Assembly: GCA_026991575.1 (NCBI GenBank)
Contig: JALXBF010000100.1
Location: forward strand, 1 to 56,916
DNA from: Planctomycetota bacterium
Lineage (GTDB): Bacteria; Planctomycetota; Planctomycetia; JALXBF01
DNA length: 56,916 bases
Direction of reading: 5' to 3'
Shown: piece by piece, positions 38,562 through 48,117 of the stretch
How the letters are laid out: every line of letters starts with the position of its first letter
Position numbering within the stretch: position 1 is the first letter of the stretch
Program-made: the position numbers and the translations under genes
The notes under the pieces: generated by a model
Databases searched by the model: none
Told to the model about the DNA's origin: nothing
What the model saw: only the letters and a program-made list of their open reading frames with translations

Positions 38562-41489
38562 TCAGCGGCGGAAGAAACCGCGGCGGCTGCGCGTGAACGG
38601 GGGTCGATCCCGATCGCCTTCACCACGCTCCCGCTCTTCCCGCTCACGCCGCTCGCGCTCCTCGCGCGACCGCTGGCGACGCTCTTCGCTCAGCCCCTGC
38701 AGCCCGAGAAGCGCCTCCTTGATCTGGCTCGGCGTCGCGTTCCGCACGGCAATCACGCGCACGACCTCCTGCTGCTGGGAGGCAAGCGCCGCCTGGTCCA
38801 GCGTGCGCACCAGTTGTTCGATCTCCTCGAACAGCGGTTCCGGACAGGAGACGATGATCGAATTCGACGTCGGATCGACTCCTATAGCCAGTTGCTGGCG
38901 TGGCGTGCCGCCTCGCGACGAACGCGATGAGCGGCTGCCGAAGAAGCCAAAGAAACCGAACCGCGGCCCGGAAGGTTGCGGTGACGTACGTCCGGCGGCC
39001 ATGTACTGGCCATAGACGTCGCGGATCACCTGAGCGATCTCTTCCGCGTCGCCATAGCTAACCGGGATGATCCGCGGCCGGGCGGTCGCCGAATCAAGTG
39101 GCAGATCGGGCCGGTCCAGCACCTGCTCGATGAGCTGCCGCGCCCGTTCAACCTCGGTCATGCTGCCGGTCAGAATGATCGAGTTGGTCCGCGTCTCTGC
39201 CACGATCCGCAGCCTTGGTTCCTCCTCTTCCCGGAAGCCGAAGAAAAAGAACGGGAACACGGGGCGTTGCTCGGTATCGGTCAGCAACTCACGCAGCGTC
39301 TCGGCCACTTGCGTGGCATCGGCGTAGCGCAGCGGAACAACAACGAACTGTGGTCCGGCAGCCTGTTGCGTCAGCGCTTGCAGCACCTGGTACGCCTCCT
39401 CTAGTGCGGCCGGATCATCCGAGGCGATCACGATACCGTTGGGGCCGGGGTAGATGACCACGCTGGGGGCCTGCGTCTGTGGCTGCTGTGTACTGCCCTG
39501 GGAGTCCGCAGATTGCTGTTCCGGAGCCGATTTTGGTACAGGCGGTGTCTTCGTGCGATTGTCTTGCTGCGTGGCGGTCGCTGCGTCCCGGCCGCTGGGC
39601 TGTCGCTGTGACCGTTCGCCCTGGTAGGCGGCGAAGTGGAACCGTGGTGCGGTCTGATGGCGGGCGGCATCGGGAAGCTGCCTGTCGGAGCCTTCCCCGT
39701 TCGGTTGCGTTGTCGGGGGCCGTCGCTCCTCGTCGGGCGGAACGGCCTGTGGGGCACCGAGTCGCGGTCGCCGTCGCTCCGCTGGCATGATCACCTTGAT
39801 CGGGTTGGGGCGACGCCAGACGCGACGGAGTTGTTCGGCAAGCTCGCGCACATCAAGCCCCGGCGTCGGAAGCACCCGAATTCTTTGATCACTGCCGGAC
39901 GTGGCCAGCGCGTGGTATTCGCCTAGGGAGGCGAGCACGCGGCGAATGTCCTCGATCTGAGCCTTCGACGCGCGGACCACGAGCCGGTTGCGTGCCGTGT
40001 CAGCCTGGATGCGCGGCTGACCGGGCCGAATGATGGGACGGCCGCGGAAATCGCGCTGTCCGGAGCTGTACAGTTCATCGAGCAACTCGGCGACGGCGGA
40101 CGCATCCAGCTGCGTAAGCTGAATGACGGCCACCTCTCGCTCGCCCCGCTCGAACTCCTCCACAAGCTGCCGGATCCGGGCCTGCTCGGCCGGCGGGGCA
40201 ATGGCAACGACGGCGTTGTTGGTTTCATCCGCCGAGAAGCGGACGGACGGGTTATTCTCGTAGATCACGCGGAGTGCCTCGACAAGGCTACTGGCATCAC
40301 CGTCGGCCAGTCGGTAGACCCTCATCTGCGGCGTCTGGACCTCCTCGGACAACTGTTCGCGCGGCACGTCCACCATCTCGACAACCTGCGCCACCTGTGC
40401 CAGCTTCTCCGGCGGGGCGGCCACGAAGAGCGTGTTCGTATACTCGTCCACGCTGGTTGCTACCCCCTGAGGCTGCTGGGGGGCGGCCTGCGGCTGTGGT
40501 GGCTGCTGCGGTCCTGGCGGCATCGGCGGACCACCGTCACCGCGGCCGAAGCGTGACGCGAAGAACCGGCGCATCCGCTCACGGAACTCCTCGCGCGGAT
40601 CGCGTCGCCGCTGCGACGCAGTCGCCGTGCTACTGGCCTGGCGCGGCGGTAGGCCGAGCAGATCACGCACGATCGCCTCGACCGTACGAGCGGAAGCGTA
40701 CTTGAGCTGGAAGGCGCGGAACTTCACCTGCACGGAATGCTCGCCAGTAGCCAGCTCCTTCAAGAAGTCGCGGATCGCGCGGGCATGCTGTGCCTGGTCC
40801 GTCACCAACAGCGCGTTGATGCTTTTTAGCGCGGTCACGCGCCCGTATTCGCTCTTCAGGTACTCGATCTCCTTGGCCGCTTCCTCGGCGTCCACCCCCT
40901 CAACCGGCAGGATCACGCTGATAAACTCAGCAGCCCCCCTCTTGTCGAGCTCTTCCACACTAACTCGCGGGATAAGGTCCGCGGGGATACCTTCTTCGGT
41001 GGAGATGACCTTCAGGAAGTTGCCCTTACGCACCAGGTAATAGCCCTGGGGGATGAGAGCCTCGTTGAGGATATCCATTGCTTCGGCCAGAGTGTACTTG
41101 TTCGGGTCACGGATGTAGCTAAACGTGCCTGTCGGCTTGCTCTCCATCTGGAGCGCGAGCCCCGAAACCTCCGCGAACCACCGGAGCACTTGGTCCCAGG
41201 GGGCGGCTACAAACTGGAACTGAATGACCCGCTCGTCCGGCCCAATCGGCCTGGTCCGCCGGGGTGCCGGCGGGATGACGCTCTGCGCCGGCACCTGGCC
41301 GTGCGAAGCGTCCGAGGACGAGGGCCGCTGTTGCCTGGCCTGGTCGTCCGGCTGAGCCGGCTTGGGCTGCGCTGCGCCGGAGACCGCTTCCTTCTGGGGC
41401 GTTTCAGCAGGTGTCTGCCGAAGTGGCGCTTGCGCCCAGAGTCCCGAGCAGAGAAAGGCAACGATGGCACCTAGTGTCACGGCGTTCAT
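38562..41489 (-). CDS. Secretin N-domain-only protein (N0 + about 7 N-repeats, no secretin barrel)
   Basis: Signal peptide, N0-like FQFVAAPWDQVL..., repeated L.YA.A / D..TN.(L/I)IV units; ends in an Arg/Glu-rich tail with no barrel motifs. Confidence 0.85.
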   Translation of the reverse strand: MNAVTLGAIVAFLCSGLWAQAPLRQTPAETPQKEAVSGAAQPKPAQPDDQARQQRPSSSDASHGQVPAQSVIPPAPRRTRPIGPDERVIQFQFVAAPWDQVLRWFAEVSGLALQMESKPTGTFSYIRDPNKYTLAEAMDILNEALIPQGYYLVRKGNFLKVISTEEGIPADLIPRVSVEELDKRGAAEFISVILPVEGVDAEEAAKEIEYLKSEYGRVTALKSINALLVTDQAQHARAIRDFLKELATGEHSVQVKFRAFQLKYASARTVEAIVRDLLGLPPRQASSTATASQRRRDPREEFRERMRRFFASRFGRGDGGPPMPPGPQQPPQPQAAPQQPQGVATSVDEYTNTLFVAAPPEKLAQVAQVVEMVDVPREQLSEEVQTPQMRVYRLADGDASSLVEALRVIYENNPSVRFSADETNNAVVAIAPPAEQARIRQLVEEFERGEREVAVIQLTQLDASAVAELLDELYSSGQRDFRGRPIIRPGQPRIQADTARNRLVVRASKAQIEDIRRVLASLGEYHALATSGSDQRIRVLPTPGLDVRELAEQLRRVWRRPNPIKVIMPAERRRPRLGAPQAVPPDEERRPPTTQPNGEGSDRQLPDAARHQTAPRFHFAAYQGERSQRQPSGRDAATATQQDNRTKTPPVPKSAPEQQSADSQGSTQQPQTQAPSVVIYPGPNGIVIASDDPAALEEAYQVLQALTQQAAGPQFVVVPLRYADATQVAETLRELLTDTEQRPVFPFFFFGFREEEEPRLRIVAETRTNSIILTGSMTEVERARQLIEQVLDRPDLPLDSATARPRIIPVSYGDAEEIAQVIRDVYGQYMAAGRTSPQPSGPRFGFFGFFGSRSSRSSRGGTPRQQLAIGVDPTSNSIIVSCPEPLFEEIEQLVRTLDQAALASQQQEVVRVIAVRNATPSQIKEALLGLQGLSEERRQRSREERERREREERERGEGDRDRPPFTRSRRGFFRR

Positions 41490-41535
41490 GGTTTGCTCTC
41501 CGGGTGCCGGGGCACCGGACGGGCTGGCCAGCTGT

Positions 41536-42546
41536 TTAATTGTCGTCACTTGCTGCTACCGGTAGCAACCGGGCAGACTCGGCACCTGCCCTATTCTGAC
41601 CAGCCTGCGCGTCCTCTACAGGTCGCATATTCGCCAGGTTCTCTCCGAGCAGGATGCGATAGCGCCGACCGCCACTCTCAAAGGTAACCCCTTCCTCAGC
41701 CACCATGATCACCCGTCCCTGCACGCCGGCCACGTCCAGTGTGTCGCCGGCACGAAGTCGGTACGTTTGATTAGCCAACCGGTCGTACAGCCACGCCTCG
41801 CACTCAGGTCCGATCGCCACGCAGCCAACCAGGTAGACGAATTGACGAGGATCCACCGCTGGCTCTTCCGGTTCGGTCGGCTGCTCAGGCTCGGTTCTCG
41901 GGGGCCGATACGGGGCGAAGATGTTGCGGGAAACAATTCCGGTAAGCAACTCCTCAGGCAGTGGGTTACCTATTGAACCTTCTCCCCCCTCGCGGGGCTC
42001 AATCTCGGCCACCCCCCCTTCTGAACCATCGTTCAGCGATATCGCTTCCACGCGCAGTTCCACATCGAGCAGCTCGCCATCGTCCCGTCTGCGCAGCGAT
42101 AGTTGCCGGATCTGGTGCAGAACGTCCACGCTGTAGAAGTACCTCAGCAGGCGAACCACCGTCTCCAACGACCCGCGTCCCCGTACGGTAAACGGGTAGC
42201 GCACAAGCGTGCTTCCTTGTGGCGCCGGCGGCATCGTGTTCACGGCCGGGTCTTCCAACCCGACTTCGTTAACGAGGCGGAGCAGGAATTCGTGATAGAT
42301 GCTTTGCGCCTTGCGTGGGTCGGACGGCAGGCTGAGTTGCTGCCATTGCTGGAGCTGTTCCTGCTGCTGCAGCACCTGGCGTCGCTGGAGCTTCTTGCGC
42401 CGGATGGTGTTCTGCAGGGCAGCCAGCTGCTCGTTGCGCTCGCGCAGCGGTTGCAGGGCCAACCACTGGACGGCCGCATACAGCAGATAGCCGCCCAGGA
42501 TCAGCAACACAATCGTCAGCAACCGCTGTTCACGGGGGTTCAGCAT
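41536..42546 (-). CDS. GspM/PilO-like protein with C-terminal GspC/PilP-like domain
   Basis: LNPREQRLL + TM + coiled coil + ferredoxin-like segment, then RNIFAP and a beta-rich HR-like domain. Confidence 0.7.
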   Translation of the reverse strand: MLNPREQRLLTIVLLILGGYLLYAAVQWLALQPLRERNEQLAALQNTIRRKKLQRRQVLQQQEQLQQWQQLSLPSDPRKAQSIYHEFLLRLVNEVGLEDPAVNTMPPAPQGSTLVRYPFTVRGRGSLETVVRLLRYFYSVDVLHQIRQLSLRRRDDGELLDVELRVEAISLNDGSEGGVAEIEPREGGEGSIGNPLPEELLTGIVSRNIFAPYRPPRTEPEQPTEPEEPAVDPRQFVYLVGCVAIGPECEAWLYDRLANQTYRLRAGDTLDVAGVQGRVIMVAEEGVTFESGGRRYRILLGENLANMRPVEDAQAGQNRAGAESARLLPVAASDDN

Positions 42547-42548
42547 CG

Positions 42549-44051
42549 TCAGGACTCACGTTGCCGCCGGAACCGGGTTCGCACCGCGTCACGGGGCTGC
42601 GTACCCGGTTGGTCACGAAGCAGGGTCAGCTCACTTTCAAAGTGCCACGGGTAGTCCGTTCGGCGCGGAACACGCTGCACACCTCCCCGAGGTCTTGCCC
42701 GGAACACGTTCCCTTGATTCAGACGGGCATGAAACGCCGCCACTGCCCGCGGCGACTTGGCGTACCCCTCGACCACCATTGTAATCTCGCCTTTCTCCGT
42801 ACGGCGCAGACTAAGCGACTGGAGATACAGCTCGCTGGTGTCGGGGAACTCGGCCGTCAGTTTGGCCAAGATCTCCAGCACGGTTGCCTCGCGCAGCGGC
42901 GCGTTACCGACCCAAGCGGCAACCGCATGGTACTTCTTCGTGAACGGTGCCGCCGACTGTAGAAAGCGATCGAGCTGCCGCTCCTGCGCCCGGTACAGCT
43001 CAAGCTGTGCCTCCAGGCCTCGCAGATTCCACTGGGACCACGCGCCAAGAAGCACCAGCCCCGCCGCCAGCACGGCACCGCCAACCAGCACCGGACGCGG
43101 CACCGGCGTCCGCCGCTTTAGGGGCAGTTTCGGACGGGCCAGGTCGACCGTTTCGGTCGCCTGCCCCCGAAGCAGAGCCGCCAAGGCGGCCCACTCGCCG
43201 GGCGCCTTCGAGACCGTCGCTTCAGCTTCGCTGGCAAGGCGGATGCCGGCAAATGGGTCATAGGAGAACGCCTGCATGGCCAACCGCTGGGCGACCGCCG
43301 CCAGCTCGTCGGCCAGCGCAGCGGGTCCCGGATAGACCAGCGCGAAGCTCACACCGCCGAGCCGCTGTTCTGCAGCGAGCCTCGTGCGCCGCAGCTCGCG
43401 GTGAAGCAACTCCGAGTGGGCTGCTGCACCGGTGAGCCGAACGCCCCGAACCAGAACCGGCTTCCCTTCGTGGAGCACAGCACATTCGCACGCGTCCGGC
43501 AAGGGATGCACGCACAGGATGGTCTTCTCTGGCACGAGTCCGCGGCTGGCCAGCTCGCCAAGTCGCGCCGATAGCAACGGCCGGAAGAAGACATGCGCCA
43601 GTTCCGCTCCGACTCCCTCGGCTATCTCCGTCAACTGGCGCCAGAGCTCATCGTCCGTGTAGACGACCAGTGCCGTGAGCGCCTGGTCCCGAGTGGGTGG
43701 CGTGATGCAGTAGTCCAGGTGGGCCTTTTCAGGAGCGAGACCTAACTCGCGGATTGCCTGAAAGCGCACCAGCCCCGGCAGCTCCTCCTCGGGGGCCGCC
43801 GGCACCGTCAGTTCATGCACGCCAACGGCCGCTCGACCGAGCGTCACAACCAGGCGGGCCAACGGGCGCTCGCCGGCCAGGAGCCGCACGATCCTGGTGG
43901 CTTCCGCTGCCCATCGTTCGGCGTCGGCCGTCACCTCGCCTGCCACAAGCAGTTCCGGCGAGCGGCGTCCGCGCAGCAGCGCGACCCGGAGCCGCTGGCC
44001 GTCCCACTCGATGTAGGCATCCAGCTTCTGAGTCGTCTTGGGCCAGTTCAC
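42549..44051 (-). CDS. gspL: GspL-like (PilM-PilN fusion-type) assembly platform protein
   Basis: Actin-like cytoplasmic part (ELPGLVRFQA), single TM, coiled coil, PilN-like C-terminus; operon position. Confidence 0.72.
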   Translation of the reverse strand: MNWPKTTQKLDAYIEWDGQRLRVALLRGRRSPELLVAGEVTADAERWAAEATRIVRLLAGERPLARLVVTLGRAAVGVHELTVPAAPEEELPGLVRFQAIRELGLAPEKAHLDYCITPPTRDQALTALVVYTDDELWRQLTEIAEGVGAELAHVFFRPLLSARLGELASRGLVPEKTILCVHPLPDACECAVLHEGKPVLVRGVRLTGAAAHSELLHRELRRTRLAAEQRLGGVSFALVYPGPAALADELAAVAQRLAMQAFSYDPFAGIRLASEAEATVSKAPGEWAALAALLRGQATETVDLARPKLPLKRRTPVPRPVLVGGAVLAAGLVLLGAWSQWNLRGLEAQLELYRAQERQLDRFLQSAAPFTKKYHAVAAWVGNAPLREATVLEILAKLTAEFPDTSELYLQSLSLRRTEKGEITMVVEGYAKSPRAVAAFHARLNQGNVFRARPRGGVQRVPRRTDYPWHFESELTLLRDQPGTQPRDAVRTRFRRQRES

Positions 44052-44069
44052 GTTACCCCCTGTTTGGTA

Positions 44070-45875
44070 TCACCGCGCTGCAATCGCCCCCGTCTCAACA
44101 AGGCTCCGCGCATCGATTCCGCGGCCGGCCCTCGTCAGGTCCAGCCACCACAGCACGCGCGGCACCGCGCCAGTAACGTCAACGACGGCTTCCACCCTGG
44201 CCTGAGTCGGTTCGCCGGCAAAGAAGCCGATCGCCTGCACGCGATACACGAAGCTCCGCCCGGTCAGGTACCGCTCGTAGCGACGAAACTCTTCGGGAGT
44301 CAGCACACCGGAACTCAGCAGCCACGCCAGCCCATCTTCAGCGGCCGAGCCGCCTAGTTCGGCCCCAGCCGGCCGGCCGGTCAAGATCAGGTCCGCAATC
44401 GATTCGGTCATTCCGGGAACCATCAGGAGGCTAATCCGGCTGGCGGTGTTGACGTTGATCAGACCTTCAAACCGCTTCTGGTCAGCGCGCGTGGTCGTGC
44501 GGTCCAGCAGCACGGGTAACAGTTCCTCGAGTGTCTCGCTGGTCAGCGGGCTTTCCAGACGTTCGGTGCGCGGTTGTCCATCGGGGCCGCGCTCCGCCAG
44601 GCGTGCCTCCACTTCCGCGTCGATCAAGTCCGCAATCGATTCGATCCGGACCTGCGGACCGCCCGAAGCATCCAACCCAGCCAGTTCCTGTACTTCCTCC
44701 TCTGCCTCTTGCTCACCGGTTGCCTCCGCTTCGTTCGTGCCCGGCGCAGCGCGCACACCGCCGCCTGTCGGCCCAGCCTCCCCGCTCGGCTCGCCGGCGT
44801 CACCGGTCGCCGGCGGCTGTTGCTGTTGTCCTGAACCGGCCGGTCCGAACAGCCGATAGGCCACCACAAAGCGTGCAAGCTCTTCGTCGAACTCGGCAAC
44901 AACCAGATCGTACAGGGCCTCCAGATCGTCCTGGTTCAGATCGATCCGTGGCTCGCCGTACGCATCTACATTCGGCTCAGTGGTATACAGCGTTACGAAA
45001 CCGTACAGACCGCGGTCCAGGTAGCCGTCGCCGTCGTCGAACGGGTAACTGGTAGTACCGTCGTTTTCATTCCAATCGAGCACACGGTCAAAGTCGGCAT
45101 CTTCGCCGAACAGTACTCTGGGCGTCACGCCGCGTACCAGCAACAGTTCGCCAATGGACGCGACTGGCCCGTTGCGCGGACTGTATGGCGGGTTGAGGCC
45201 CTCGTAGTAGTCGGCTTCGGCCCCGTCGGGTCGCGGTTCGTCGTCGGGGTCAAGCCAGTCGAAGATGGCATCCGCCACGTCCGGATCGATCTGCTCCAGG
45301 TACAGCAGTGGGTTGTCCGGCCGCTGCTGGTCACCTTCACCCGCACCACTGGTGTTCTCTCCCTCCGGCTCGTCCCCGCCCTGCTGCTGGGATGTGTCCG
45401 CACCGTCCGAGCTGGCGTACCACTGGGTGGCAAGCACGTTAAGGTTCGGTCGAGCGGCTTCGTCCGTGATGCCGTAACGCAACTGGGCAAGACTGGTGCC
45501 ACTTTCGTCGGGAGCCACGCACACGAAGTAGGGTGTGTCTGGCTCGACCACGCTGGTAAACGACAGCGGCATCGGCTCAAACGTGGCCGGGTCGTCCAGG
45601 GAGGCAGTGCCAAGCAGCCCCTGTAGCTTCAGATCAAGCAAGTATGCCTTGACGTACTCGATCGCGGACTCGGCTGCCATGCGGGCCTGCAGTTGCCGAC
45701 CGCGATTCTGGACCGCCCGTGCCTCAGTGCTCATCAGGTAGGACAGCGAGTAGGCGCCGAGCGCGAGCATGGCGATCAGAATCAGGACCGCCATGAGGAT
45801 CAAGCCGCTCCGGGTGCGCTGTCGGGCGCGGCCGTTGGACGGTCGAGTTGTGTTCGCAGTGCCTCTCGAGCTCAC
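44070..45875 (-). CDS. gspK: Minor pseudopilin GspK
   Basis: G|LILMAVL without Glu5; DEAARPNLN, DWLDPD, ELLLVRGVT, INVNTA motifs. Confidence 0.85.
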   Translation of the reverse strand: MSSRGTANTTRPSNGRARQRTRSGLILMAVLILIAMLALGAYSLSYLMSTEARAVQNRGRQLQARMAAESAIEYVKAYLLDLKLQGLLGTASLDDPATFEPMPLSFTSVVEPDTPYFVCVAPDESGTSLAQLRYGITDEAARPNLNVLATQWYASSDGADTSQQQGGDEPEGENTSGAGEGDQQRPDNPLLYLEQIDPDVADAIFDWLDPDDEPRPDGAEADYYEGLNPPYSPRNGPVASIGELLLVRGVTPRVLFGEDADFDRVLDWNENDGTTSYPFDDGDGYLDRGLYGFVTLYTTEPNVDAYGEPRIDLNQDDLEALYDLVVAEFDEELARFVVAYRLFGPAGSGQQQQPPATGDAGEPSGEAGPTGGGVRAAPGTNEAEATGEQEAEEEVQELAGLDASGGPQVRIESIADLIDAEVEARLAERGPDGQPRTERLESPLTSETLEELLPVLLDRTTTRADQKRFEGLINVNTASRISLLMVPGMTESIADLILTGRPAGAELGGSAAEDGLAWLLSSGVLTPEEFRRYERYLTGRSFVYRVQAIGFFAGEPTQARVEAVVDVTGAVPRVLWWLDLTRAGRGIDARSLVETGAIAAR

Positions 45876-45880
45876 AGTGT

Positions 45881-46813
45881 TCAGAAACCCGCACCGGCGG
45901 TGCTGAGTGCGTCGAGCAGTTCGGCGTCTGCTACCGGCACGGTAATCACCTTGCGAAACACGTCACTGCCGGCCGGGATGCCGTATCGCTGGGCAAGCGG
46001 GCTGAGCTGATCGTCGACCCGCCCGATCTCCGCAGGCGGCTGAACCCCGAGCACCACCTCAACGGCCAGCGGCGGCGGGCCAGGCTCCGTGTCACCGCCC
46101 CACTCCGTCAGCCACTCGTAGCCGTCCGTGTAGCTGAACTGCACGAAGGTGACGTGGTCCAGCAGCCGGCGGTAATGCGGGTAAGCAGCCGGGTCTAGGG
46201 GCAGTTCGTCCGCCAGCGTCTCGAAGCCGGCCGGTACAACGCCACGCCACAGCGCGTAGCCCGTGGCCCCGTCCTGGTAGGTCACCGGCTCGATAAAGTA
46301 CGTGACGCGGTACACCGCAGGCCGCGGCAGAAGCATGCCCTGACTGGCCAAGGCATCGGCCAGATCGAGATCGGAGGGTAGAAGGGTACGGTACAGGACG
46401 AGCGTGTCCTCGGCCCCCCAGAGACCGTACGGCACGCCAGCGCTCGTGGTGCTATCGTCCGACCCGCTCGCCCCTTCCCCACCGGAGTCAAGCTGATCGC
46501 CATTTGCTCCCCCTTGGAAGCTGTCTGACAGCACTGCCCCAATCTGCTCCTCAAGTCCAGGCGGTGGGGCGATGATGTGCTTGACGTCGTCTTCGATGAG
46601 CTGCAGAACGGCCGCGACGCGTTGGCTGTAGCCTGTTTCCACTGGGCCGCGATCCGCCATGCGCAGGTGGATTCGGGCTGCGACGTAGACGGTCATGATG
46701 AGGGCGCTGCCAATGGCCAGCGCCAGGATCAGTTCCAACAACGTGAACCCCGCGTGCCGCGACCAGCCACGGTCGAGCAGCTTGCGTGATCGGAGTCCGT
46801 ACCGCCCTCTCAT
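45881..46813 (-). CDS. gspJ: Minor pseudopilin GspJ
   Basis: G|FTLLELILAL prepilin motif; C-terminal W...W...PPLAVEV; position between gspI and gspK. Confidence 0.8.
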   Translation of the reverse strand: MRGRYGLRSRKLLDRGWSRHAGFTLLELILALAIGSALIMTVYVAARIHLRMADRGPVETGYSQRVAAVLQLIEDDVKHIIAPPPGLEEQIGAVLSDSFQGGANGDQLDSGGEGASGSDDSTTSAGVPYGLWGAEDTLVLYRTLLPSDLDLADALASQGMLLPRPAVYRVTYFIEPVTYQDGATGYALWRGVVPAGFETLADELPLDPAAYPHYRRLLDHVTFVQFSYTDGYEWLTEWGGDTEPGPPPLAVEVVLGVQPPAEIGRVDDQLSPLAQRYGIPAGSDVFRKVITVPVADAELLDALSTAGAGF

Positions 46814-47268
46814 CGCCCCTCCCCCTCTGTAAACCCATTGGACTCGTCAGCCGTGGTCGACTCGGTGACAGAGGCCAGGTAGTCGGGGTCCAACACGTAG
46901 CGGACCAGCTCAAAGGCGACCGGCTCGCGCAGCTGAGCCAGTCGGCCGGTAGCCGACGGAGTGACGCGGACGCGTACCAGCTTCAAGCCGCTGATCGGTC
47001 CGTCGGCTACATCGAGTTCCCACTGGAAATCCGGGTCCTGCTCGAATGGCTGCGCCCCGACCACATCCAGCGGCACGGCGCCGGCAACTACCTCGGCCAT
47101 CTTGCTGCCTGCCAGCTCGATGGCACGGGCGTGATAGCGGGCGTACAGCGCACTGCGGGCCGACAGCTCGACCAGCTTGCTGACCACGGCTAGGGCACCG
47201 ACCAGGATGGCCAGTGCCAGGATCACCTCCAGCAGTGTGAATGCCCGCCGCGTCAGCTGCCGCCTCAT
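46810..47268 (-). CDS. gspI: Minor pseudopilin GspI
   Basis: A|FTLLEVILALAI; short; ATGA overlaps on both sides. Confidence 0.8.
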   Translation of the reverse strand: MRRQLTRRAFTLLEVILALAILVGALAVVSKLVELSARSALYARYHARAIELAGSKMAEVVAGAVPLDVVGAQPFEQDPDFQWELDVADGPISGLKLVRVRVTPSATGRLAQLREPVAFELVRYVLDPDYLASVTESTTADESNGFTEGEGR

Positions 47269-47999
47269 TGCACCCTCCGGTCCCACCGCGGTAGCCTGCG
47301 TTGCACGGACGGTCCGGTGCCCTGCGCAGGTGCCACGGTCATGGCGTCAGAGAGAACCACCTCGCCGGTCAGTTCGTCGATCGTCACCACCACTGCCAGG
47401 TTATTCGGTCCAACCACGGTGATCACATCCCCGGTGGTCGTGCCATCGGGAAAGAGGAGCACGGCCGCGGTGCCGGAGGTTGGCAAGCCGCTCTGGCGGA
47501 GCGCTTCGGCTACGAGCGGCGAACCGCTCTGGGCGATCAGGTCCTCTTCGGGAGTCAGCAGCTGCAGCAACGGATCGCTGCTTGTCGGGGTGGAACCGGT
47601 GCCGGCAGCCTGCTGTGCCAGGCCGTTCCCGGAGGGCGTTCCGTGCACGAGTCGAAAGCCATCTTCGAACTGGAACATGTGGATGTCATACGGGTTGGCC
47701 CGGTACAGCTCGCTCAGTGTCGATTGGCCCACGGTGGCACTCAGCGCATCGAGCAGCGACTTACAGGCGGCGAACCCGTGCTGCGGACTGCCCGGCACGT
47801 ACAGGAACGCATAGGGCACGCCGTGCTCGACCGCGCGGCTGCGTGCTTCGCGAATGCGTGCCCTCAATCGGTTGGCGGCCTGCTTCACCTCGTACGTGGC
47901 AAACGCCGCGTTCATCGCGGGCACGGCTAGAGCGGCCAGGATGCCCACGAGCACCAGCACGAGAATGATGTCCAGTAAGGTGAACGCTCGCCGGCTCAT
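47265..47999 (-). CDS. gspH: Minor pseudopilin GspH/FimT-like
   Basis: A|FTLLDIILVL; AR..AV and FPDG..LTGEV motifs. Confidence 0.78.
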   Translation of the reverse strand: MSRRAFTLLDIILVLVLVGILAALAVPAMNAAFATYEVKQAANRLRARIREARSRAVEHGVPYAFLYVPGSPQHGFAACKSLLDALSATVGQSTLSELYRANPYDIHMFQFEDGFRLVHGTPSGNGLAQQAAGTGSTPTSSDPLLQLLTPEEDLIAQSGSPLVAEALRQSGLPTSGTAAVLLFPDGTTTGDVITVVGPNNLAVVVTIDELTGEVVLSDAMTVAPAQGTGPSVQRRLPRWDRRVQ

Positions 48000-48038
48000 C
48001 GGCTCACGTCCCACTACGCACGGCCGCTTGGCATACAA

Positions 48039-48089
48039 GAAGGCTATCCGTTGCGGGCCCGCTCATCGCAGCCCGCTCGGATAGCCTTC
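48039..48089 (-). terminator. Long hairpin between gspG and gspH
   Basis: 12-bp stem GAAGGCTATCCG/CGGATAGCCTTC plus inner 6-bp stem GCGGGC/GCCCGC. Confidence 0.6.
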
Positions 48090-48117
48090 CGGTTGGCCGT
48101 CACGGTCAAGGGGAACG

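Noticed and set aside
38505..38700. N-only secretin as a frameshifted or truncated pseudogene
   Set aside because: No barrel sequence follows in the other frames (a convergent gene ends 57 nt away), and the barrel gene has its own signal peptide and promoter motif.
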